This document shows positions 1 through 9,882 of a stretch of DNA of 64,000 nt, in pieces. The translations under genes were made by a program, and so were the position numbers. Position 1 is the stretch's first letter. Each line of letters starts with the position of its first letter. The notes under the pieces were generated by a model. The model searched no databases, was not told where the DNA came from, and saw only the letters and a program-made list of their open reading frames with translations. The DNA is from Takakia lepidozioides. Taxonomy: Eukaryota > Plantae > Bryophyta. The DNA lies in the NCBI GenBank assembly GCA_030704615.1, contig CM060731.1, forward strand, positions 15,748,001 through 15,812,000, read 5' to 3'.

Positions 1-164
1 ACTATATAAGAATCAGGGACCCCTCTTTTTTTCAAAAAACAAAAAAAGTTTCTAGAAGCATAAATATATATAATAATATATAGAATCGAGTTTCAGGGTC
101 GAATCTTGGTAATATCCCCATCCGACTATCTCGGCCCTCTATTTCTTTTTTTCCTAATATTCGA
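1..164. repeat. Left arm of a perfect inverted repeat (partner 1152-1315); probably continues beyond the window's left edge
   Basis: 1-164 is the exact reverse complement of 1152-1315; the same MVISPSDYLGPLFLFFLIF peptide appears in the + ORF 106..303 and the - ORF 1022..1210. Confidence 0.95.
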
Positions 165-169
165 AATTC

Positions 170-387
170 AGTACATGGTTTATAAAGGTGGTAAGTGCAC
201 AGTGTGTCACCTTGGTGGTTCGGGGCTCAAATCCCCTGCCCAGCCCCGTGTGTGGATTGTTCATGGCGGTATGCCTTTGTCCTGTAGGTCTCGTGGCCCA
301 TAAATGAAAGGGGGTTAATTTCCCCCCTCCTCAAGGGCCTGGATTGTGGGCTCCCAGGTTCACTTCACTAAAAAATAAAATAAAAAT
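170..387 (+). mobile_element. tRNA-derived SINE
   Basis: Box A-like ggtggtaag, box B-like ggctcaaatccc, shared 3' core gaaagggggttaatttcccccctcctcaagggc and an A-rich tail; a close relative lies at 11535-11737. Confidence 0.75.
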
Positions 388-524
388 CTATTTGTCCCAA
401 ATTTCAAAATCCCAAAATCTCTACCTTATCCCAAATTACTACTTTACCCAGTATTGTTGATTTTGATGTGTAATGGGTCTTCATCCACAAATAAGAATGG
501 ATGATATTAGAATGATTCATCTAA

Positions 525-660
525 GGCCCCCGGCCGCACTGCCTGATTTAGCCGTGGCTAAGTGGAGTTTAGTCACGGCTATGTTTGTTTAGCTGCCGCA
601 CTAGGCAGTTTAGCCGTGGCTAAATCGTAGCCACAGCTAGCCCGGCTAAACTACGCCAAC
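525..660. mobile_element. Possible PIF/Harbinger-like DNA transposon terminus with palindromic subterminal repeats
   Basis: TAA followed by GGCCCCCGGCCGCACT, then several tagccgtggcta/tagtcacggcta quasi-palindromes; no partner end found. Confidence 0.35.
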
Positions 661-1151
661 TAATTGTCCCCACTTTTAACCCTTGCCCATCCCCACGTAA
701 TACAGTTAGCACGCGTGGGCAGAAGGACGAAATTTTCACCTCCCCGTTGTACCTCCTCTTCCTCACTCCTCTCTTCTCCCCTTCTCCTCGCGAAACTCGA
801 GTCACGCGAGGAGGACGACCTGACTTCAATGTGGGTACAAGAATTTCATCTCGGCCACCACGACACTACTTACAGCTAACCGTTAAGAGTTTCCCCCTCC
901 CCTAGCAAGTCTTGCCCGATCATGAGAAGCAGGCGGCAGTGAGAGGTGGCAAAATTTGCTGATGTGTGCGTATTGAAATCAAAATCCAAAGATAGAAATC
1001 GTTTTGGGTTTTTGACCCAAATCACCGATTTTTGTGTGGAGGCTGATCACTCGTGTGCAGAAGACCGTATGTGTTGTTTCTGAGGTGATTTCCTGAAATG
1101 CATGAACAGCGCCGCTGGGCTTCTGAGCTGCAATCTGGAAGAACAGTATGG

Positions 1152-1315
1152 TCGAATATTAGGAAAAAAAGAAATAGAGGGCCGAGATAGTCGGATGGGG
1201 ATATTACCAAGATTCGACCCTGAAACTCGATTCTATATATTATTATATATATTTATGCTTCTAGAAACTTTTTTTGTTTTTTGAAAAAAAGAGGGGTCCC
1301 TGATTCTTATATAGT
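1152..1315. repeat. Right arm of the inverted repeat; also the start of the F-box segmental duplication unit (near-identical copy from about 52193)
   Basis: Reverse complement of 1-164; 1176-1440 matches about 52193-52455 almost base for base. Confidence 0.9.
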
Positions 1316-1768
1316 GCGTGGATCAAGTTGCACAGCAGCAGTGTGTACTCATACGGTAGCCTCTCCTTTGCTTTGAGACTCTGTGTCCCCAATTTGCTAT
1401 GGCGATCAGCGTAGCAACATGCATGCAGACTCTGACAACGATCCGGTGCTGCCCAATTTCCTTCGTTGTCAGAGGCTGCATTCATGTTGCTACGCTGATT
1501 GCCACTGAAGAAGCTGATGCAATTCCGTTCGGTATCCAAACTTTGCAGCAAGATCATAGCAACTTTTGGGTTCATTGATCACTAATAGTAATCAATAAAC
1601 TCAAATGTTGCTATGATCTTGCTTAAAAGTTACATTTACAATAGTCTTGTGGCAAGCAGGGATGCCACTGGGTTCCGGAGGGTGGGGAAGACGATTGTTT
1701 GATTTAGGAGTAAAGCCCTTATGGGGGACTGGAAGGGGACAGTTATGACTCCCCCACCTGTATCAGAG
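1316..1768 (+). pseudogene. Inverted (+ strand) F-box pseudocopy containing two internal fold-back inversions
   Basis: + strand pieces read PLKKLMQFRSVSKLCSKIIATFGFIDH* and SLVASRDATGFRRVGKTIV*FRSKALMGDWKGTVMTPPPVS, homologous to the - strand F-box ORFs at 2965-3717 and 60642-61364; stops and inversions are present. Confidence 0.85.
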
Positions 1769-1777
1769 AAAACGCCA

Positions 1778-2080
1778 CCAGAATGGCATCCTTGGTTGTC
1801 TCCCATCTTTGGGGGAAGGCTTGGTTCCGTTTCTGTGTGTTTGGATTAGCACTGCTGCTCCTTTGCTTAGTGCGCTCCAGAATGGCATCCTTGGTTGTCT
1901 CCCATCTTTGGGGGAAGGCTTGCTTCTGTTTCTGTGTGTTTTGGATTAGCACTGCTGCTCCTTTGCTTATAAGTGCGCTCCAGAATGGCATCCTTGGTTT
2001 TCTCCCATCTTTGGGGGAAGGCTTATTTCCGTTTCTGCTTGTTTCGATTAGCTTTGCTCCTTTGCTTAGTGCGCTCTTAC
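1778..2080. repeat. About 100-bp tandem repeat, three copies (two at about 7528-7740, one at about 59910-60020, partial at about 52705-52760)
   Basis: Unit ccagaatggcatccttggttgtctcccatctttgggggaaggctt...gcactgctgctcctttgcttagtgcgct, repeated from about 1778, 1877 and 1980. Confidence 0.85.
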
Positions 2081-2964
2081 TTTCCTTCAATTTCTGCTCC
2101 CTTTCTTGGGATGCTGCTGACTGTTTCTTTCTTGATGGCTTAGGCCTTCATGGTGGTTGTTTTTGTGAGCTTGCTGCTTGCAGTGTGCAGTGTGCGGAGG
2201 TAAAGTTTTACAGCAATATACAGGAACATTCATGGAGATAATTCTGTCAGAAATGGATAACCCCGAGGACGACAGAGTGAGGCAACAATAGTCTGATTCC
2301 TCTAGTTTATTCAAACAAAGTGATCTGCACACAAGAGGCATTGGCTAATGGAACTGATCAAACCCATGCCTCAGGTGCTATGTCCTCAGATGCCCACAGG
2401 CCCAAATCGTGTCCAGGGTACCTGCACTGGTCAAACAGTCCATCAAACCATTGCATTGCACAAACTATCACTTGATTATCCAGAATCATTCCACCATGTG
2501 TAACAGTCAGAAATCTTACAATACAACACTGGAAAGAGTACATCTTGATACTTGACCACATACATTTACACCGGATTTGCACAGTTCTAAACATAGCCGT
2601 TGTGTAATTCCTACACGACAATCATAGTTATATTATAATTCAGGTTCACACTTCCAGTCGAAGGACACATCAAAAACATCTTATCACCTGGATTTGATGT
2701 AAGTCCACAGAAAGGCGACATTGAGAACCTCATATTAATTAGCTCTCTGGCTTCAAGCTTGAGGCTTTGCCTCTGACTACAACTCACTACAGTCCCACCC
2801 CTGGCCATAAACCCGATTGTGTCATAACTTAGCTTACATAGAAGAGTACACAGATTAAATCAGCAGGTATACTGGTCGAATAGCAATCCCATCCAGCAGT
2901 GAAGTCTCCGTTGGATATCTTCAATATCTAAGTTGTCCTGATACCGATTTGGATTACCATCACC

Positions 2965-3717
2965 CTACATGAGGCGTGGCCGTTTGGCACAAGGGTAATC
3001 ACTGCCCTGATCTGTCTCATAGGATGATCTAAGAACCTCCTCTAATACCCACTCCAAGTCTTCAGCCTCCATCTCCAACAATATCTCCGTTAACATCTCA
3101 GATAAAATCTCCGAGGTGCTAGAGTCTGTCCCTGTATACACAGTCTCGGAGGTACTTACGGCTTCCTGCATGTCTGATACAGGTGGGAGAGTCATAACTC
3201 TCCCCTTCCAGTCCCCCAGACTGGCTTTACTCATAAATGAATCCATCATCTTCTCCACCCTCCTCAACGCGGTGGCCTCCTGCGCATCCCTGGTTCCCGC
3301 AAATCTATAGTAATCAACAAATTCAAACGTTGCTATGATCTCGCTCCAAATTCTTGATACTCTTCGGAATTCCATCACCTGTTCCAGCGGCAATCGAGCC
3401 ACTACCATCGCCAGAAGCAAATTGGGCAACACCTGATCGTTGTCAGGTGCATTCATGTTGCTACAGAGTCTGAGAGAAAACGAGACTACCGAATGAGTAC
3501 ACAATGCAGCACCTACAAATCCCGATCTCAGAAGTGTGGCAGATGACAAACAAAGCGCCCCGGGGAGAGAGAGACACAGATCCAAAGAGCTGCCGCTCAA
3601 TTTAAGCAAGTGGCTCATTCGAATATTCGAAAAATCTGTGCGAATTTTACTTGAGGATTTGTCACTGGGGGTTTGATCAGATCTGTCCTGGATTTGAAAA
3701 TACTCTTCCTCAGTCAC
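2965..3717 (-). CDS. Short F-box protein with acidic C-terminal tail and basic KRPRL end; intronless; likely real start near 3456 (MNAPDNDQ...)
   Basis: LPNLLLAMVVARLPLEQVMEFRRVSRIWSEII fits the F-box consensus; open frame; paralog of 60642-61364; the track's start at 3717 is GTG. Confidence 0.65.
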   Translation of the reverse strand: MTEEEYFQIQDRSDQTPSDKSSSKIRTDFSNIRMSHLLKLSGSSLDLCLSLPGALCLSSATLLRSGFVGAALCTHSVVSFSLRLCSNMNAPDNDQVLPNLLLAMVVARLPLEQVMEFRRVSRIWSEIIATFEFVDYYRFAGTRDAQEATALRRVEKMMDSFMSKASLGDWKGRVMTLPPVSDMQEAVSTSETVYTGTDSSTSEILSEMLTEILLEMEAEDLEWVLEEVLRSSYETDQGSDYPCAKRPRLM

Positions 3718-4953
3718 CTCCTGAGCAACACTGAAATTTTGTTCAAAGCTTAAAAATTAGTCCTGCTGTTGTGGATTAGTGGCTTGTAGATTGGAATAAT
3801 TCATGCGCATGAAAGGAGGGTCTAAGTGTAGCAACTTCAAAATGCTTGAAGAGTCAGCGTGGGATAACTCTTATGTTTGTCAGCGCGTCAAATTCTCAAC
3901 GAAGTTTTTTGGAAAGACGCATGTAATTCATGTACATAGATTTCACACACAAATTACTGGCTTGTAATTTCAAAGATTACAGACATAGGCTGCCACAGAT
4001 CATCAGTCACTCAATGGGCTTCCGACAGCACTTGTCAAGTTTTGAAGAGCTTAAATTTATTTGGAGTGGATGGGGTTTTTTTATTGTGCGTCATGGTTGA
4101 GCTAATCGCAAATTGGAGGAAGTTAGAGGTCTCTATCCAAACTGCATGCAAAGAAAATAGATTCCCCAACCGGCCTAGTTGCCTCTAGTTTATTTTACCG
4201 AATTGGACAAAACACCACTTGTGAATGGACATTTGAGACAAATAATTGATGTGGCAGGGTCTCCACCGCTTCCCACTAAATATCAGAGTCATTGTCTCCC
4301 ATCTTATCAACCCTGTACGGTCACGTCACCCAGTGGAGCACCCACCCACTCTGCCCAGGGGACCCTGCAGATCGAGGACCCATCACCGTTTCTATCACAA
4401 GTGTTAAAATACTGTGGTGGTGTTCCCTTCCCTGCGATAGATGGTGCTTCTTGCAGGAGTTCGCCCTGACCTTGGTTATTTAAATATGGAACTATGTATT
4501 TTAAAAGAAGCTGACGTCTCAACAGCAGTTACAGTAGCCAAGGAAGAAGTAGGGAAGAAGTATGGAGCGGAATCAAAAAGTATTGAGGTCTCACTTCATC
4601 CCCAAGGGGTAGCCTTTCCTTTTGGAAGGGGGACAGCAGTTAGGGTAGTTGTTAATTATTAGAGAGATCAATTTGAAGGGGTCCTCCACCCTCTAAAATC
4701 TCAATAACTCACTAGCGGATCTGTCTTCAACTGCAAAGTGAGAGAGAAAAATAAAACTGGGGATGAAGGCCTTGGAAATGCATTGAAAGGGACTTGGACG
4801 AAATAGCCAAGTGAGGCCTTAGAGTGCGGATAGCACCCTTTAACCAAGATTATCATGTTGTGGGATCCAGAAATGCTTGAGCATTAAGTTCTAAACATTT
4901 GTGACCAGGCCATATGCAGGAAAATCTTAAGGAAATACTCAGTTAAACCATAT

Positions 4954-5434
4954 ATTTATATTTATACCAACAGTCAGTAGCTCAGTTGGATAGTGCATTG
5001 AGTGCCACCCAGATAATTCTGGGGTCAGATCCTGCTACTTGACGGGTGTGGTATACTCTTCTCCCCATTCCCTGGGCGGTGTCCCATTTCTCACCCTTCA
5101 TGGCGAGGTTACTGTGAAAGAGGTTATTTTCTCCTCTCACTAGTAAGGGGCCTGATTTGTGAGCTGTCGCTCCCATATGTTTCCCTTTTAAAAAAAATTC
5201 AAATAATAATTAAGGGGAAACACCCGGTTGGGTCGACCAGTCACAAATCAGGTCCCTTAATTTTAGTGAAGAAGAGAAAACGAAAACCACTTTCAAAGTA
5301 ATCATGCAATATTTTTATCCCTTTATCAGCCATGAGCAAGGCCACGATCCGCCGAGAACACATGAGAAGGTAGCAAGATTTGAATCCCAAATCACCCAAC
5401 CGGCACTCATATCCATCTGAGCTACTGACTAGTG
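4954..5434. mobile_element. Nested SINEs: a - strand SINE with a + strand SINE (about 4967-5200) inserted in its tail
   Basis: Two tRNA-like heads in opposite orientation (cagtcagtagctcagttggatag at about 4970; reverse copy ending about 5434); flanking direct repeat gttaaaccatat at about 4942 and 5435; the paralogous site at 39960-40185 has only the - strand SINE. Confidence 0.75.
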
Positions 5435-5498
5435 GTTAAACCATATTATTCTGGAAAACATTGTAGGAACAGTCCTTTTTACTCATAATAAAAACATG

Positions 5499-5650
5499 TT
5501 GTTTCGAGACCGGTTGGTATGGGGGTGACTTTTCCCTCCTGTGTGGCCAATGGCTTATCTGAAAGGGGGTTATTTTTTCCCCCTCCTCAAGGGCCTGAAT
5601 TGTGAGCAGTCCCTGGGCCAGGTTTCCTCTAATTTAAATATAAAAAATAA
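5499..5650 (+). mobile_element. 5'-truncated SINE with TSD
   Basis: Same 3' core as the 170-387 SINE plus A-rich tail, flanked by ataaaaacatg on both sides; absent from the paralogous site near 40570-40590. Confidence 0.7.
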
Positions 5651-5789
5651 ATAAAAACATGCTCACATTTGATGAATAATGTTCCTAACTGCATCCTATC
5701 TTCATCTAACTTCATTTCATGGCATTTTGTGTTGCAAGTGCCAAAAGAAGACCAAATACACTATGATGAAAGAGTTGCTTATTTCAGAT

Positions 5790-6900
5790 AGTGTATGCAT
5801 ATGCTATACAGCTCCAAAGTAGATTTAGCAGAAACAATCAACAAGAAAGAGTACACCAGAAAGGAACAAAGCGGGTAAGTAACCTGGAGGTCCATGGGCG
5901 GAAACTTAAAAGAAAACCTACGTGGCATCTATATGTCCACAAGCAATATGTCTACGTGACATTAACATAGCCTGTGTTAACTACCACAATGTACTAACAA
6001 CACTCCCACTCATTCTCGCAGTCACTCCATTTAGTAAAGTCCCACTATATCTCCCTTTGTGTCAAAATATTCTGCTCCTCGAGCACAATACCACGATCAA
6101 GTGACTGATGCCTGCTTTAGTACAACACATCTCCTGTTGGGCTTTTGGCCTCTCCTGCATCATGGAACTTATGCAGAAATCTCCTCACACTGCAGAAACC
6201 TCCTCGCACAATAGCACGAACAAGTGACTGATGCCTGCTTTAGTACGTCACATCTCCTGCTGGGCTTTGGGCCTCCTCTACATCATGGAATTCTGCAAAA
6301 ACCTCCTCACACAAAATAACCTTGATGAGTCAATGGTAACACATAGTTTTTCATACTCCCACTCCTATCATGCTCCGAAAATGCTGAAACTTCTCTGGAG
6401 TCAAGGTCTTAGTCAAAATATCTGCCGTCTGGTCATTGGTGCCAATGTAGCGCATATGAATCAGCTTCCGCTCCTGGTAATTCCGAATGATATGATATTG
6501 AATATCAATGTGCTTCGTCCGTTTGTGAAATTCTGGATTGAACACTAGCCTAATAGCGCTTTGATTGTCTCCAAATATATCTGAAGGTCCGGGTTGAGAA
6601 AGACCCAAATCTTCAAGCAATCGACGAAGCCATACTACCTCAGTGCTTGTCAACAATTGCAACATATTCCACTTCAGTTGTTGACCTAGCAACATATTGT
6701 CGGATCCAAGTGACAGGTCCACCATTGAGCATAATTAAACATCCACTTCGAGATTGTCTATCGTCATGATCCCCTGCATGATCAGCATCAGCAAAAGCTT
6801 GCAAAACATGTGGCTTGTCATGAGCCACATAGCACAATCTGTAGTGAGCAGTTCCCTTCAGATACTTAAGAATTCGACGAACTGCATTGCAGTGAATGGC
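5790..6900 (-). mobile_element. Ty1/copia remnant: RT end/RNase H, PPT and start of 3' LTR
   Basis: FADADHAGDHDDRQSRSG, DNQSAIRLVFNPEFHKRTKHIDIQYHIIR, QTADILTKTL; purine tract gagaatgagtgggag (6017-6003) followed by TGTTG at 6002; frameshifted; left boundary approximate. Confidence 0.9.
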
Positions 6901-6978
6901 CTAGGGCAGCGGGTTTGAACCCCGAACCACCAGGGCGACACAGTGTTTACTTATAGGCTGAGCTACCACCCAATGTGC
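6901..6978 (-). mobile_element. SINE tRNA-like 5' head fragment
   Basis: Reverse complement ggtggtagctcag...gtgtcgccctggtggttcggggttcaaacccgctgcc matches the heads at about 190-240 and 11540-11590. Confidence 0.65.
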
Positions 6979-7134
6979 AATTTTTTTGTGTTTTTGGAAA
7001 GAAAAAAATAGAGGGGTCCCTGAAATTCGACCCTGAAACTCGATTAAGTTCTATACATTATTAGATATATCTATGCTTCTAGAAACTTTTTCTATTTTTT
7101 GAAAAAAAAAATGGGGTCCCTAAGTCTTATAAGT

Positions 7135-7518
7135 TGTGCGTGGATCAAGTTGCACAGCAGCAGTATGTACTCATTCGGTATTCTCTCGTTTGCTCTGAGA
7201 CCGTGGCTCCCCATTTTGCTATGGCGGATCAGCATAGCAATATGAATGCAGACTCTGACAACGATCAGGTGTTGCTGAATTTCCTGCACCATTCATGTTG
7301 CTACACTGATTGCCGCTGAAGAATAGTAATCAATGAACTCAGAAGTTGCTAAGATCTTGCTACAAAGTTACATTTACTATAGTCTTGTGGCAAGCAGGAT
7401 GCGTAGGAGGTCACTGGGTTCCGGAGGGTGGGGAAGACGATTCTTTGATTTATGAGGAGTAAAGCCCTTCTGGGGGACTGGAAGGGGACAGTTATGACTC
7501 CCCCACCTATATCAGAGA
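7135..7518 (+). pseudogene. Second inverted F-box pseudocopy with partly deleted fold-backs
   Basis: MADQHSNMNADSDNDQVL start; homologous to 1316-1768. Confidence 0.8.
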
Positions 7519-8821
7519 AACCGCCACCAGAATGGCATCCTTGTTGTTTCCCATCTTTGCCAGGGGAAGGCTTGGTTCTGTTTGTGTGTGTTTTGGATTA
7601 GCATTGCTGCTCTTTTGCTTAGTGCGCTCCAGAATGGCATCCTTGGTTGTCTCCCATCAATTTTTGGGGGAAGGCTTGGTTCAGTTTCTGCGTGTTTGGA
7701 TTAGCTTTGTTGCACCTAAGTTGCTTAGTGCGCTCTTACTTTCCTTCAACTTCTGCTCCCTTTCCTGGGATGCTGCTGACTATTTCTTTCTTGATGGCTT
7801 AGGCCTTCATGGTGGTTGTTTTGTGAGCTTGCTACTGGCAGTGTGCAGAGGTAAAGTTTTACAGCTTCTTTTTCCAAAACAAAAACCAAAAACCAAAAAC
7901 AAAGTCAAACGGAAGAATATGAGGAGAAATGAAAAGAGAGACAGAGGAAATAAAGAGGAACATTCATGGAGATAATTCTGTCAGAAATGGAAAACCCCCA
8001 GGATGACAAAGTGAGGCAAAAATAATCTGATTCCTCTTTTATTCAAACTTGAGTCTGCACACAAGAGGCATTGGTTATGTGTTGTTATTAACTTGCAGTG
8101 AAGTCTCCGTAAGGATCTCGGTCACCCTCAATTTTGGATGAAATCCATGGATACAGAGGATCCTGCTATGTCCTCACGAGGCCCAAATTGTGTCAAGGGT
8201 ACCTGCACCACACAGTCCATCAAACCACCATTGCATTGCACAAACTATCATTTGATCATCCAGAAACATTCCACCTCGTCTAATAGTCAGAAATCTTACA
8301 ATACAACACTGGAAAGAGTACATCTTGATACTTGGCCACATACATTTACACCGGATTTGCACAGTTCTAAACATAGCCGTTGGGTAATTCCTACACGACA
8401 ATCATAGTCATATTATAATTTAGATTCACACTTCCAGTCGAAGAACACATATCAAACATCTTATCACCTGGATTTGATGTTAAGTCCACAGGAAAACTTC
8501 ATTGAGAACCTCATATTAATTAGCTCTCTAGCTTCAAGTTTGAGGCTCTCCCTCTGACTACAACTCACTACAGTCCCACCCCTGTCCATAAATGCTATTG
8601 TGTCATAACTTAGCTTCCAAGTAAATGTCAAAAAAATTAGGACATCCCCAAGAGGCATCCAGCCTCATCTGTGGATACATAGAAGAGTACACATCTTAAA
8701 TCAGCAGGTATACTGGTCGGTTAGCTTCTTCTACGACAAGACTTCCCATCCAGCAGTGAAGTCTCCGTTGGACATCTTCAACATCTAAGTTGTCCTGATA
8801 CCAATTTGGATTACCATCACC

Positions 8822-9108
8822 CTACATGAGGCGTGGCCGTTTGGCGTGCAAGGGTAATCAATACCCTGATCTGTCTCAGAGGATGATCTAATAACCTCCT
8901 CTATTGTGTTCAGCCTCCATCTCCAACAATATCTTCGATAAAATCTCCTAGGTGCTAGAGTCCATTCCTATATACACAGTCTCGGAGGTACTTGCGGCTT
9001 CCTGCATGTCTGATACCGGTTGGGAGAGTCATAACTCTCCCCTTTCAGTCCTACTCATAAATGAAACCATCATCTTCTCCACCCTCCTGAACCCGGTGGC
9101 CTCCTGGG
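8822..9108 (-). pseudogene. 3' half of an F-box family copy, cut by a copia fragment
   Basis: EATGFRRVEKMMVSFMS... and a stop region matching 2965-3290; joins copia integrase at about 9108. Confidence 0.8.
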
Positions 9109-9882
9109 CAATGTGAACATAAGCAGGGCATCCAAAGATACGAAGATGACTTAAGTTAGGTTTTTCACCTGAGAATTTTTCGTATGGAGTCACACTAAGT
9201 TTGCTCTCGTCGGGGAGCGATTTAATAAGTATGCTGCAGTATTTACAGCTTCTGTCCATAGGAGCCTAGGTATATCTTTCTCCAAAATCATGCTTTGGGC
9301 ATATTCAAGCAGAGTGCGATTCTTACGTTCTGCGACTCCATTTTGATGCGACGTACGAGATTGAGTTAATTGACGTTGAATGCCATGTGTATTGCAGTAG
9401 TCCACAAAATCTTGAGAGATGAACTCTCCTCCACGATCAGTGCGTAAACATTTGATCCGTTTTTCAGTGGCTGTCTCGATCATCTCCTTAAAGATTCGAA
9501 ATTTCTTAAGTGCTTCATCCTTGCTCTTTAGAAAATATACCCAAGTCATCCTGCTGAAGTCATCTGTGACAGCCATGAAATATTTTGATCCTGATAATGA
9601 AGTTGTACGCATGGGACCACAAAGATCTGTATGCACGAGATCGAGGATATCTTTAGCTCGATATTGGCTTTGTCGGGGAACCCTTTCTCTGTGTTGCTTT
9701 CCAACAAAACATCCTGGACATGTCTCAGATAGAAGCGGCAACTCAGGCAAACCGGTAGCTTTGTTGCGATTTGACAGAAAATGCAAGCTTTGGAAATTCA
9801 GATGGCCAAGGCGTTTGTGCCAGAGTCGTGCTGTTTGACAGATATCAACAGCTACATTTGCCTGTGTGCACATGTTGGACTC
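9108..9882 (-). mobile_element. Ty1/copia GAG-pre-integrase plus integrase fragment
   Basis: LWHKRLGHLNF, CPGCFVGKQHR, VHTDLCGP, LRTDRGGEF, QNGVAERKNRTL, KPNLSHLRIFGCPAYVH. Confidence 0.95.

Noticed and set aside
1783-2241. Hydrophobic membrane-protein ORF (also 7532-7975)
   Set aside because: Produced by the T-rich 100-bp tandem repeat; the frame is not kept in the 59.9-kb copy
4179-4662. Conserved small + strand gene in the repeated unit (paralogs near 39.3, 54.0 and 62.2 kb)
   Set aside because: Frames and stops differ between copies and I recognise no domain; similarity is explained by duplication
4967-5045. tRNA genes (also about 190-240, 6901-6978, 11540-11590, 11840-11900, 37887-37947)
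   Set aside because: Only box A/B-like motifs without a full cloverleaf; most continue into SINE bodies and tails
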